From Candidatus Binataceae bacterium (GTDB lineage Bacteria; Desulfobacterota; Binatia; Binatales; Binataceae): 64,000 nt of DNA. Below, piece after piece: positions 8,544 to 17,812 of this stretch; positions within the stretch are counted from its first letter, which is position 1; the number at the start of each line of letters is the position of its first letter. A program made the translations under genes and the position numbers. The stretch covers positions 135,663 through 199,662 of the forward strand of contig DATKOZ010000035.1 in NCBI GenBank assembly GCA_035524375.1. The letters run 5' to 3'. A model generated the notes under the pieces. The model was given only the letters and a program-made list of their open reading frames with translations, searched no databases and had not been told where the DNA came from.

Positions 8544-9503
8544 TCAGCGGCGGACGGGGCGGGCCTCGGCCGTCTCGCTCACCGGATCGCTGGTGCTCAG
8601 CATATCGCGCCATCCTTTTCGGCGGCGGGAACCGCGCGGTTTGGCGCCAAGGCGCTGCAGGTGCAGTTCGAGGACATTCTTTAGTTCCTCGTTCAGGAGC
8701 TCGATTTCGACCTCCTCCGGCATTTTCGGACGCGGCTGGCCTTCGGCGACTCCACCCTGGCGCCGGCGCCCGTAAAGCTGTTGGAGTCGCAATTCCGCCT
8801 TTGCCAGAGAGGCTTTGTATTTGTAATCCAAATGGCCGAGGGCATCGGCGAGTCCGGCCAGCGCGACGAACCGGCGCCGCATCCGCCACCATTCGAACAT
8901 CGACACCAGCATCACGCCGAACATCAAAACCGCAGCCACTCCAATGCTTGCGGCGGTTGCGCGCCACCAGGTAAGGGCCTGCTGGTTCGCCTGCAATTCG
9001 TGGTTATCGGCGGTCAGTTCCTGCACCTGGCTTTGGAGCGATCTGATATCGTCCTGCGCCGACTCGGCCTTTTGGTTGGAATTACGCAATTGAGCCGCGG
9101 TACCGTTCAATTGCGATTGGAGCGTTTCCACCTGAGCGGCGAACGGATTTGGCACCTTAAGGACATCGCCCGCGACCAATTCATCGTCCGGATTAATTTT
9201 ATTGGCATGTGCCAGCGTCTCGGACGGAACTCCGAACATCTTTGCGACGCCGCCGAAAGTATCGCCGGGGCGAACGGTGTAGGGAATCATCGCGGCCGGA
9301 TGCTCGGAAACCGCGGCAGCCGGCGCAGCCGATTCAGTCTTCGGCTGGATTACGGGAGGAGTCTCAGGGCGTTCAACCGGTGCGGAAGGACCAATCGATG
9401 ATTCGGTTACGTCGGTCTGCGCCGTTGCGATTTGGCAGTATGCCGCGAAGGCGACCGCTACCGCCATCCCGGACAATGTCAGTTTGATTCGCCTGAGTCT
9501 CAT
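8544..9503 (-). CDS. LysM domain-containing membrane/periplasmic protein with coiled-coil
   Basis: N-terminal signal/TM; LysM YTVRPGDTFGGVAKMFGVPSETLAHANKI…GDVLKVP; coiled-coil segment; C-terminal TM. Confidence 0.7.
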   Translation of the reverse strand: MRLRRIKLTLSGMAVAVAFAAYCQIATAQTDVTESSIGPSAPVERPETPPVIQPKTESAAPAAAVSEHPAAMIPYTVRPGDTFGGVAKMFGVPSETLAHANKINPDDELVAGDVLKVPNPFAAQVETLQSQLNGTAAQLRNSNQKAESAQDDIRSLQSQVQELTADNHELQANQQALTWWRATAASIGVAAVLMFGVMLVSMFEWWRMRRRFVALAGLADALGHLDYKYKASLAKAELRLQQLYGRRRQGGVAEGQPRPKMPEEVEIELLNEELKNVLELHLQRLGAKPRGSRRRKGWRDMLSTSDPVSETAEARPVRR

Positions 9504-9742
9504 GGCGAAACCATCAATACATCAAGTATTCATCAGATGACCGCGCGGGTCTAGGGTTCAAGGGGAAGAAAGATTAATTCACGGCGCTAATTTCGTCTAA
9601 TCCGAGTGGAATCGAGCATTAGTGGCGCTGGTGGGCGTAGATGCTTCGCAGCCAAAGCATCGCGAACGACGCTGTTTGCCATGGCTGCGTTATGATAGCT
9701 AGGCATCATGAGTCAGAATTCTTTAACGAAAAGGTGCAGAAG

Positions 9743-10180
9743 ATGAGAACAAAATTTATTTTTCCAGCCGGAATACTGGCCATTGCCGTATCGATCGGGG
9801 TTGCAAACGCCTCTCAATTATTCGTCTACCCGAAAAATGGGCAAAGCGCCGAGCAAAAGGATCGCGACGAGTACGATTGCTACAAGTGGGCGAAAGAGAA
9901 CAGCGGCGTCAATCCGAACGCTCCCGCCCAGACGGCCAAACCGGGAGAACGAGCGGGCGCGGTTATCGGCGGTGGCGCCAAGGGCGCGGCACTCGGGGCT
10001 GGAATGGGCGCGATCGCGGGCAACGCCGGCAAGGGAGCCGCAATGGGAGCGGTTGGTGGCGCGGTTGTTGGGCGGCGGCAGCGGTTGATGAACGAAAAGA
10101 TGGAACACAGCATGACGACCCATACCTACCATCGCGCCTTTGCGGCCTGCATGGAGGGTCGCGGGTATACGGTGAAATAG
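9743..10180 (+). CDS. Glycine-zipper (Gly/Ala-rich) small secreted/outer-membrane protein
   Basis: Signal peptide MRTKFIFPAGILAIAVSIGVANA followed by GAVIGGGAKGAALGAGMGAIAGNAGKGAAMGAVGG. The start is taken at the internal ATG of the listed ORF 9641..10180. Confidence 0.6.
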   Translation: MRTKFIFPAGILAIAVSIGVANASQLFVYPKNGQSAEQKDRDEYDCYKWAKENSGVNPNAPAQTAKPGERAGAVIGGGAKGAALGAGMGAIAGNAGKGAAMGAVGGAVVGRRQRLMNEKMEHSMTTHTYHRAFAACMEGRGYTVK

Positions 10181-10425
10181 ATCGACAGACTGATTTAGCC
10201 CGGGTCTCGTTTTTCAAGCGTGATGTTAAATTCATAGGATGCAAGAAAACCCTTGATGGGGTTGGGTTCGATTTGGACGGTGTGTTGGAATTAGCCGCAC
10301 GAGCCTCCGATATGTCCGGGAAAGCGGCCGGAACGGCCCGCGGCGGGCCAGGACCAGCGTCGAAACTGCCAAACTTTGCGCAGAGAGGCGGGTCGCCATT
10401 TCAGATTGGTCAGGATTGGGGAGTG

Positions 10426-11175
10426 ATGATGGAGAACCCGCTCAATTTGGTAATCGGGGGTTTGCTCTTCGTACTGTTATGCGGCACGAGCGCGTATGGC
10501 GCGCCGACGTCGGGATTTATCGACGCGAATGGCATCAAGGTTCCCTACCTGATCGATGGTACCGGCGAACCGGTCGTATTGATCCATGGCCTCGATTCCA
10601 GCGCGGAAGCCACTTGGCAAAAGCCGGGCACAATGGAAGCGCTGGCGAAGAATCACCAAGTTATAGCGATCGATTTGCCGGGATTCGGACAATCCGGAAA
10701 TTCCGACGAGTCCACCGCATACGGCGACCGCTGGGTCGATGACGTAACGGCTCTTCTCAACCAACTGAAAATCCGCAGGGCGCATATCGTCGGCTACTCA
10801 ATCGGTGGGCTCGTCGCATTAAAATTCGTCGACGAGTATCCGGACCGCGCAATCTCCGCAACGCTGGGCGGGATGGGGTGGCTGGAAGCGGACAGCGGCC
10901 TGGAGAGAGACTGGGTGCGGAAGCAAAACCCGCTTGCCTTCGGCGTCAGCCAGCTCGCGCTAACGCGAGGCGATCTGGAGTCGATTCAGGTTCCAGTTAT
11001 TATACTCGTCGGCGACTACGATAAATCGAACGAGTTCTATGTAGCGCCCCTTCAAAAGCTGCGTCCCGATTGGAGGGTCGTTGCGATAAAAGATGCCAAT
11101 CACCTCACTTGCGTTTCCAAGCCGCAATTCATCGACGCACTCGTGAAATGGATCGATGCTAACCGACAAAAATAG
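10426..11175 (+). CDS. Alpha/beta hydrolase fold protein
   Basis: VVLIHGLDSS…nucleophile elbow GYSIGG. The start is reset to MMENPL (RBS ggggag upstream); the upstream 183 aa of listed ORF 9877..11175 overlaps the previous gene in another frame. Confidence 0.8.
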   Translation: MMENPLNLVIGGLLFVLLCGTSAYGAPTSGFIDANGIKVPYLIDGTGEPVVLIHGLDSSAEATWQKPGTMEALAKNHQVIAIDLPGFGQSGNSDESTAYGDRWVDDVTALLNQLKIRRAHIVGYSIGGLVALKFVDEYPDRAISATLGGMGWLEADSGLERDWVRKQNPLAFGVSQLALTRGDLESIQVPVIILVGDYDKSNEFYVAPLQKLRPDWRVVAIKDANHLTCVSKPQFIDALVKWIDANRQK

Positions 11176-11265
11176 CGGGGCAGCTCACAGTGAAGTCTAT
11201 TCTTGTTGGATGAAATCCGAGGAACCAAAAACCCGCTCTTCGGACGGGAACTCACCGATCTCCAT

Positions 11266-12258
11266 TTAGATGATCTTTCCCGCTGAGCGCGTGGGCGGAT
11301 GAAGGGCGGCATAGGCGGCACCGACCACTCCGCCGGTGGGGCCAAGCGCGGCGCGGACGATGTTTGCCTGCGAGTACATGACCTTGAAGGCGCGAGCATG
11401 CACTTGGGCCATCATCGTGCGGCGCATGTACGGCAGAGCGCCGGCCACTCCGCCGCCGATTACAACCAATTCCGGATTGAAGATGTTGATAAACGACGCA
11501 ACCGCGACGCCTAAGTAACCGCCCGCAATCGCGAACATTTCGCGAGCCAGCGAGTCGCGGCGCCGCGCCGCCGCCGCCATCTTGCGGACCGAAAAGTTTC
11601 CCTCAGGATCGGTTAAGTACGCGGGTAGAGGAGCCCCGGGGCGAAGTCCGCACCGCTTTTCGATCAACCCGCGCAGACCCGACGCTGACGCATATGCTTC
11701 AAGGCATCCGCGTGCACCGCAATCGCACGGCATTCCATCGGATTCGACGGTGATGTGTCCCAGCTCGCCCGCCATTCCGCCGCCGCCATGAACCAGCCTG
11801 CCGCCCACGATGAGCCCGCCGCCAACTCCCGTACCGAGCGTGAGCAGCACCACGTCCGTTTTGCCTCGCGCCGCGCCGCGCCAGTACTCGCCCAGCGCCC
11901 ATGCGTTGGCGTCGTTTTCGACCACGACCGCGCGGCCCATCAGCGATTCGAGCCTGCGTTTGAGCGGGTACGCGCTCCAAGCCTTCACGTGCGGCGCGGC
12001 CATCACAACTCCGCGATACACGTCGAGCGGGCCGGGAACCGCGACTCCAATTGCGTGTGGCCGCCCCCATCCGCGCCCACGCGCGGTTTCCAACAGGTGA
12101 TTCAGTTGTGCGGCGATATTTTCAGCGACTGCGCCGGCATCGCGCGTGGCATACGACGGAGCCTGCTCCATCAGGAGTACCTCTCCCGCAAGCGACACTG
12201 CGGCGCACCGGATATTGGTGCCGCCCATGTCCAGTCCCGCCACCCATCGGCGCGTCAT
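11266..12258 (-). CDS. ROK family sugar kinase (glucokinase/N-acetylglucosamine kinase-like)
   Basis: ATP-binding N-terminus GLDMGGTNIRCA and the ROK zinc motif CDCGARGCLEAYAS. Confidence 0.85.
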   Translation of the reverse strand: MTRRWVAGLDMGGTNIRCAAVSLAGEVLLMEQAPSYATRDAGAVAENIAAQLNHLLETARGRGWGRPHAIGVAVPGPLDVYRGVVMAAPHVKAWSAYPLKRRLESLMGRAVVVENDANAWALGEYWRGAARGKTDVVLLTLGTGVGGGLIVGGRLVHGGGGMAGELGHITVESDGMPCDCGARGCLEAYASASGLRGLIEKRCGLRPGAPLPAYLTDPEGNFSVRKMAAAARRRDSLAREMFAIAGGYLGVAVASFINIFNPELVVIGGGVAGALPYMRRTMMAQVHARAFKVMYSQANIVRAALGPTGGVVGAAYAALHPPTRSAGKII

Positions 12259-13007
12259 CGTCCGGCCGGATCCTCGGTTTTTCCGGAATGTTTCATAAGC
12301 GCCAGATATTCGCGATTTCCGGCCGCTCCTGCAATGGGCGATTCAATCGTGCCGATGCATTCAAGGCCGATCGATTCGGCGAACGCGACGACGCCCGCGA
12401 CCGCCTCTTGCCGGTGAGATTCTTTGCGCACGATGCCGCCCTTGCCGACCTTGCGCCGCCCAACCTCGAATTGCGGTTTGATCAGCGCGACGATCTCCGC
12501 GCGTGGCGCGGCGAGAGTGAGTACAGCGGGTATAACCAGGCGCAGCGAAATGAAACTGGTATCGATCGTCACCAGGTCGGGAACGTGCGGCATGTCGGCG
12601 GGAGTGGCCAGCCGGATGTTCATGCGGTCGAGCACGGTCACGCGCGGATCGTTGCGCAGTCTCATCACGAGTTGCCCGTAGCCGACATCGATAGCGATAA
12701 CGCGTTTCGCGCCGCGCCGGAGCAGAACGTCGGTAAAACCGCCGGTGGATGCGCCCACATCCATCGCCAGGCGGTCCGTGGGATCGATCCCGAAATGGTC
12801 GAGCGCCGCGATTAGCTTGTACGCTCCGCGTGAGGCATATTCGGGTCCGCCCGGAATCACCGTAAGCTCCGTTTCCGCCGTAACTTTCATGTCGGGCTTG
12901 CGCGCGGTAAGCGTACCGATGCGCACGCGCCCGGCCATTATCAGGCGCTGCGCGCTCTCGCGGCTTTCGGCCAGTCCGCGCCGCGCCATCTCGGCATCCA
13001 AGCGCAC
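12255..13007 (-). CDS. tlyA: TlyA family rRNA (cytidine-2'-O)-methyltransferase
   Basis: S4-like N-terminus and FtsJ-like SAM motif MDVGASTGGFTDVLL. Confidence 0.85.
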   Translation of the reverse strand: MRLDAEMARRGLAESRESAQRLIMAGRVRIGTLTARKPDMKVTAETELTVIPGGPEYASRGAYKLIAALDHFGIDPTDRLAMDVGASTGGFTDVLLRRGAKRVIAIDVGYGQLVMRLRNDPRVTVLDRMNIRLATPADMPHVPDLVTIDTSFISLRLVIPAVLTLAAPRAEIVALIKPQFEVGRRKVGKGGIVRKESHRQEAVAGVVAFAESIGLECIGTIESPIAGAAGNREYLALMKHSGKTEDPAGR

Positions 13008-13026
13008 GCGACCACCGGCGGCCTTG

Positions 13027-13314
13027 CTAGAAGGGGGTTTCGTCGTCGTCCTTTCCGCCGCCCCGGCCTTTGGGATTTGCCTCGAATGCGGCGGTGCGCA
13101 ATTCGCCGCCGGAGTCGCGGGTCAGAATTTCGATCTTTTGCTGCGCCTCGTCGAGCTTGCGGTTGAGCGTTTTGACCAATGCGATGCCGCGCTCGAAGGC
13201 CTCGATCGATTCTTCCAGCGTTAGTTCGCCCGAATCGATTCGGGTAACGATTGCTTCCAGGTATCTGAGTTCGTCTTCGAATTTCCTTGCTCGCGCCGCC
13301 ATCACAGTCCTCAA
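13027..13314 (-). CDS. xseB: Exodeoxyribonuclease VII small subunit
   Basis: FEDELRYLEAIVTRIDSGELTLEESIEAFERGIALVK; overlaps xseA by 4 nt. Confidence 0.85.
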   Translation of the reverse strand: MRTVMAARARKFEDELRYLEAIVTRIDSGELTLEESIEAFERGIALVKTLNRKLDEAQQKIEILTRDSGGELRTAAFEANPKGRGGGKDDDETPF

Positions 13315-14537
13315 TTCTGCCGCGCGATCGCGCGCGCCCTGATTCCGCCCCGGGACAGCCGGATGTCGAGTTCGTCGCCCGCCTCGACGGTCTGCGCATC
13401 GAGCACGGCGCGTCCATTGCGCCGGTTGACGACGATCGCATAGCCGCGATTGAGCACGCTCAGCGGAGATAGCGTGTCCAGACGCACTGCCAATTCGGCC
13501 AGCGCGGCGCGGCTTTTTTCGAGCGCGCGGGTGGCGCCATGCTCCAGCGATCGCGCCAGCGCCTGCGTGCGCAGGCGAATCTCGCGCACCATCGCGCCAG
13601 GAACGCGGATGCGGGCGGAGAGATCGTCGATGGTTTCGCGCAGGTCCGTGGTCCGCCGATCGATTGCGGTGAACAGCGCTGCCGCGGATGCATCAGCGCG
13701 CTCCTTCAGTTCCGCTTTGCTCGGCACGACCATCTGGGCGGCGGCGGTGGGTGTGGGCGCGCGAAGATCCGCAACGAAGTCGGCAATCGTGTAATCGATC
13801 TCATGGCCGACCGCGGAGACAACGGGGATCGCCGACTTGAAGATGGCGCGCGCGACGGCCTCCTCGTTGAATGCCCACAGATCCTCCAGCGAGCCGCCGC
13901 CGCGGCCGACAATCAGCACCTCCGCACGAGCATCGCGGTTGAGGTCGGCGATTGCGTCCGCAATCTCCTGTGCGGCGCCGTCGCCCTGCACCTTGGCGGG
14001 ACGGACAATCACGTGCAGATTGGGAAAGCGATCGAGCAGCACGCGCAGCATGTCGTGCAATCCCGCGCCGCCACGCGCGGTTACGATTCCCACGGTCTGC
14101 GGCAGGAATGGAATCGGCCGCTTGCGCGCAGGATCGAACAAACCCTCCGCTTGTAGCCGTTTCTTAAGTTGTTCAAAGGCAATCTGCAGCGCACCCGCGC
14201 CGCGCGGCTCGATCTCTTCGGCATACAGTTGAAGCTGGCCGCGTGCCTCGAACAGGCTGACGCGTCCGCGAACGATAATTTCGATTCCGTCGGTGACCTT
14301 GAAGCGCACGCGCGAGAATTCATTGCGGAACATCACAACGCTGATTGCGCCGCGCGCATCCTTGAGCGTGAAATAAAAATGATTCGACGGCGCAAGCCGC
14401 GCATTCGAGACTTCGCCCACCACCCAGCATTCGTCGAGATTGGACTCCAGCGTGTCGCGCACCATCCGCACTAAATCCGATACGGCGATCGGATTTGCGC
14501 GCATCCCCTCCGGGGAGAATTCAAGCGACTCGTCCAT
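13311..14537 (-). CDS. xseA: Exodeoxyribonuclease VII large subunit
   Basis: OB-fold N-terminus plus catalytic core (VGEVSN…GRGGGSLEDLWAFNEE). Confidence 0.9.
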   Translation of the reverse strand: MDESLEFSPEGMRANPIAVSDLVRMVRDTLESNLDECWVVGEVSNARLAPSNHFYFTLKDARGAISVVMFRNEFSRVRFKVTDGIEIIVRGRVSLFEARGQLQLYAEEIEPRGAGALQIAFEQLKKRLQAEGLFDPARKRPIPFLPQTVGIVTARGGAGLHDMLRVLLDRFPNLHVIVRPAKVQGDGAAQEIADAIADLNRDARAEVLIVGRGGGSLEDLWAFNEEAVARAIFKSAIPVVSAVGHEIDYTIADFVADLRAPTPTAAAQMVVPSKAELKERADASAAALFTAIDRRTTDLRETIDDLSARIRVPGAMVREIRLRTQALARSLEHGATRALEKSRAALAELAVRLDTLSPLSVLNRGYAIVVNRRNGRAVLDAQTVEAGDELDIRLSRGGIRARAIARQN

Positions 14538-14586
14538 CAGGCTTCAATTTAGCAAAATCGATCGAAATAAACCCGCCCGGCACTAG

Positions 14587-14740
14587 CAGGGTGTTGAGAT
14601 ACTCGTGGATATTGATAGCAATGCAACTCAGTTCTCAACACCCTGCGTGAAAGATGGCCTCTTTCCGCCATCTTCTCCCCCGCTCTTTCGCGGGGGAGAT
14701 AAGAGAGAGGGAGCAGGCTGTGATTTATCAACAGCCTGCT
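14587..14740 (-). other. Cluster of four consecutive stem-loops in the bioD–xseA intergenic region (possible terminator/attenuator or structured RNA)
   Basis: Inverted repeats at 14587–14645 (13-bp stems cagggtgttgaga/tctcaacaccctg), 14651–14674 (aagatggc/gccatctt), 14675–14698 (ctcccccgc/gcgggggag) and 14712–14740 (agcaggctg/cagcctgct, overlapping the bioD stop). Two loops share GAAAGAG. Confidence 0.4.
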
Positions 14741-15404
14741 AGAGCAGCTGTTCGACGATTTGCTTGGAGAGCGGCTCGCGATGGCGCATCCGGCCCAGGT
14801 ATCGCACGGAGGTCAGGCGGCGGAGCGAATCCTCATTGGTCTGCGATGCGATCGATTCCGCCGGCTCGACATCGCACAGGATGTAGCCCGCAACGTTCAG
14901 GCCGCGTGCCGCCGCATATTTTAATGTCAGCACGGCGGCATTGAGGCATCCTAATCGATTGCCGATAACGACGATGAGTTCCAAATTCAACCGGAGCGCC
15001 AAATCCGCGTAGTCGGTGTCCCAAGTGATCGGTACGGTAAGGCCGCCCGCGCCCTCAACCAGAACGGTATCGCTCTCCGACGCGATTTTATCGAAGCATC
15101 GCTTGATTTCGCCAAGATCGGGCGGCGCGATGCGGTCGATTTCAGCGGCTGCTGCGGGCGCGAGCGGAGATCGATAGCGATACGGACAGATCAGGTCGAT
15201 TGGCATCGCACATGACGCCGCGGCGGCGAGCGCTCTCGCGTCGGCCGGTTCGAGGGTTCCCTCGGCTTCTTTGCAATCGGTTTCCGCAGGTTTCATGACA
15301 CCGACGCGCATTCCGCGTGCGCGCAGCGCATAGGCAAGCGCGCATCCCACCGTGGTCTTTCCCACGGCGGTATCCGTGCCAGTGATTAGAAAACGCCGTC
15401 CCAT
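14739..15404 (-). CDS. bioD: Dethiobiotin synthase
   Basis: P-loop FLITGTDTAVGKTTV. Confidence 0.9.
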   Translation of the reverse strand: MGRRFLITGTDTAVGKTTVGCALAYALRARGMRVGVMKPAETDCKEAEGTLEPADARALAAAASCAMPIDLICPYRYRSPLAPAAAAEIDRIAPPDLGEIKRCFDKIASESDTVLVEGAGGLTVPITWDTDYADLALRLNLELIVVIGNRLGCLNAAVLTLKYAAARGLNVAGYILCDVEPAESIASQTNEDSLRRLTSVRYLGRMRHREPLSKQIVEQLL

Positions 15405-15419
15405 TGGGATTGTCTTAGC

Positions 15420-16787
15420 CTAGCTGGTGCGCTCGGTTACTTCGACAATCGCCGCACGCGTCACGTCGAGGAGTGTGTCGAGTTCGCTTTCAGTGATCGA
15501 TAGCGGCGGCATTAGGACGATCACATTGCCGAGCGGGCGAATGACGACACCTGCGTTGCGTGCGGCCATGATGACAGCCACGCCGATTTGGCGCTCGGTT
15601 TTGTACGGGACTTTTCGCGCAGGATCGTCCATCAACTCGATGCCGGCCATCATTCCGCACTGACGGATATCGGCGACATTCGCCAGCTTGGCGAATCGAT
15701 CGCGCAACCCGTCTGCAAGTTGTGCGATGCGCGGCTGGATTCGGTCGAGCACGGCTTCGTCGCGGAAGATTTTTAAATTCGCGCGCGCGACGGCCGCGGC
15801 GAGCGGATTTCCCGTATAGGTGTGCCCGTAATAGAAGGCGCGAAAATCCGCCGGCTCGCCCAGAAACGCCGAAAATATTTTTTCGCATGCGAGGGTCGCC
15901 GCAAGCGGCAAATATCCGCCGGTGATTCCCTTGCCCATGCATAATAGGTCCGGCTCAATCCCGGCATGTTCGGATGCGAACATCTTTCCGGTGCGGCCGA
16001 ATCCGGTTGCAACCTCATCGCAGACGATGAGCGCGCCCGCCTCGCGGGCCACCGCGGTGATGCCGCGCAGGAATTCCGCGGAGTGCGTCCAGATTCCCGC
16101 CGCGCCTTGAACCATCGGCTCGATCGCGAGCGCCGCAAGCTCGCGGCCATGCTCCTGGATGAATTGGCGCGCGGCAGACAGTGCTTCCTGGGTTGCCGCT
16201 TCGGGCGCCATTCCGCGCTGGAATCGAAATATGTGCGGCGGATCGGTCTTGATCGTTGAAAACAGCAGCGGACGGACGTGGCGATGGAACATCTCGCTGT
16301 AGCCGAGGCTGACCGAGCCGATCGTGTCGCCGTGGTAGGACTCAGTGAGTGTCAAAAAGCGCGTGCGATGGGGTTGGCCTGTAACTTGCCAATATTGGGC
16401 TGCCATCCGGGCCGCGACCTCGACCGCCTCCGCGCCCGAATCCGAATAGAACACACGCGAAAGCTCTGGCGGTGCGATTTCGACAAGCTCGCGCGCCAGC
16501 ATCGTTGCCGGAACGTTGGCCAGGCCCAGCATCGTCGAATGTGCAATCTGCTTCGACTGTTCGATGAGCGCGTCGTCGAGTTCGCGCTTGCGATGGCCGT
16601 GCACGTTGCACCACAGTGACGACACGCCGTCGAGGTACCGCCGCCCCTGCGTATCGATCAGGTAGTTGCCCTCGCCGCGTTCGATGATGAGCGGATCGGC
16701 GGCCATCCAGGTGCGCATCTGCGTGAACGGATGCCATACGAAACGATGGTCGAGTTCTTTGAGTTCGCGGTAGCGGGAATCGCTCAT
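15420..16787 (-). CDS. bioA: Adenosylmethionine-8-amino-7-oxononanoate aminotransferase
   Basis: Class III PLP aminotransferase, 455 aa, BioA-like throughout. Confidence 0.9.
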   Translation of the reverse strand: MSDSRYRELKELDHRFVWHPFTQMRTWMAADPLIIERGEGNYLIDTQGRRYLDGVSSLWCNVHGHRKRELDDALIEQSKQIAHSTMLGLANVPATMLARELVEIAPPELSRVFYSDSGAEAVEVAARMAAQYWQVTGQPHRTRFLTLTESYHGDTIGSVSLGYSEMFHRHVRPLLFSTIKTDPPHIFRFQRGMAPEAATQEALSAARQFIQEHGRELAALAIEPMVQGAAGIWTHSAEFLRGITAVAREAGALIVCDEVATGFGRTGKMFASEHAGIEPDLLCMGKGITGGYLPLAATLACEKIFSAFLGEPADFRAFYYGHTYTGNPLAAAVARANLKIFRDEAVLDRIQPRIAQLADGLRDRFAKLANVADIRQCGMMAGIELMDDPARKVPYKTERQIGVAVIMAARNAGVVIRPLGNVIVLMPPLSITESELDTLLDVTRAAIVEVTERTS

Positions 16788-17155
16788 CCAGCCCGCCTCA
16801 CGCGTTGCGGCTTGCCTTGGATCGAATGTTTGCGTTCAGCACGCTGCCGGCTCTGGACGAAGGCGCGAAGCACGGCGTCGATCTGCGTCTGGTAGCGTCT
16901 GCCGTGCGCCTTAAGCCAATCAAGGATGTCGCCATCGAGGCGAATGTGAATGTCGCGCTTGGGATGTGGCAGGCCGATCACTATCGAATCGTCCCAGTCT
17001 TCCGGCAAGGCACCCTCGTCCCGATCCGCAAGCCGATCGACTTCCGCCTGGGGCATCGCGTTAACGCGCTTCCAGTCGGTCTTGCTGCCGCCGCGCGCGA
17101 TTCGGCGTCGGATCTCTTCAGCCGAAAAGCACGCGATATTTTCCTTGTTCCGCAT
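16784..17155 (-). CDS. BrnA-like antitoxin (DUF4415/COG3514), orphan (no adjacent BrnT)
   Basis: …IRLDGDILDWLKAHGRRYQTQIDAVLRAFVQ matches the BrnA signature. Start placed at MRNKEN (17155) to avoid overlapping higA. Its stop overlaps the bioA start by 4 nt (ATGA). Confidence 0.55.
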   Translation of the reverse strand: MRNKENIACFSAEEIRRRIARGGSKTDWKRVNAMPQAEVDRLADRDEGALPEDWDDSIVIGLPHPKRDIHIRLDGDILDWLKAHGRRYQTQIDAVLRAFVQSRQRAERKHSIQGKPQRVRRAG

Positions 17156-17160
17156 ATATT

Positions 17161-17451
17161 TCACGCGGCCCTCGGGCTGAATCGCTCGACGACGATCTCC
17201 GCCGCGCGCCGCCGGACTTGGGCGAGATCGTAATTTACCTGCATCCGCAGCCATAGATCCGCCGTCCCGCCGAAAGCCTTTTCGAGCCGGAGCGCCATTT
17301 CCGGCGTTACGGCGCTCTTGCCGTTGATGACGTTGTAAAGCTGCTGGCGCGTCACGCCAAGCCCTGCGGCAGCGGTGGCCACCGACAGGCCAAGATCATC
17401 GAGATTTTCCCGGATCAGTTCGCCGGGATGGGGCGGGTTCTTCATCGGCAT
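17161..17451 (-). CDS. higA: HigA antitoxin (XRE-family HTH)
   Basis: PGELIRENLDDLGLSVATAAAGLGVTRQQLYNVINGKSAVTPEMALRL (HTH_XRE, HigA-like). Confidence 0.75.
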   Translation of the reverse strand: MPMKNPPHPGELIRENLDDLGLSVATAAAGLGVTRQQLYNVINGKSAVTPEMALRLEKAFGGTADLWLRMQVNYDLAQVRRRAAEIVVERFSPRAA

Positions 17452-17470
17452 CGTCCGACACTCCTATCCT

Positions 17471-17749
17471 TCAGTGATAATCGATGAGATCGACATCGCA
17501 AACGTTCTCTCCGTCGAAACGAAAAATAATCCGCCAGTTCGCTCGCACCGTGATCGCCCAGAAACCCCGGAGACCGCCCTTGAGAGGATGAAGATGAAAT
17601 GCATGAACCTCCAAATCTTTCGGATTCCGAGCCGCGTCGAGCGCGGCAAGGATAACGCAAATTCGGCTTAGGTCCTCGGCGGGAACTTTCGATGAATCGT
17701 CTTTCTCATAGAGGCGTCTTAGGCCGCGATGCCGAAAGCGCGTTACCAC
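17471..17749 (-). CDS. higB: HigB toxin (RelE/ParE superfamily, plasmid-maintenance killer)
   Basis: 92 aa; FRHRGLRRLYEKDDSSKV…HPLKGGLRGFWAITVRANWRIIFRF is the HigB signature. Confidence 0.75.
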   Translation of the reverse strand: MVTRFRHRGLRRLYEKDDSSKVPAEDLSRICVILAALDAARNPKDLEVHAFHLHPLKGGLRGFWAITVRANWRIIFRFDGENVCDVDLIDYH

Positions 17750-17812
17750 TTAGTTATCTGTAAAACGTCAATTAACATTTGTCAACAGGCGCGAGGCTCG
17801 GAAACCCCGTGG

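Noticed and set aside
9877-10425. N-terminal 183 codons of listed ORF 9877..11175
   Set aside because: It overlaps the glycine-zipper protein gene in another frame and is Arg/Gly low complexity. The hydrolase begins at MMENPL (10426), which has a Shine-Dalgarno sequence.
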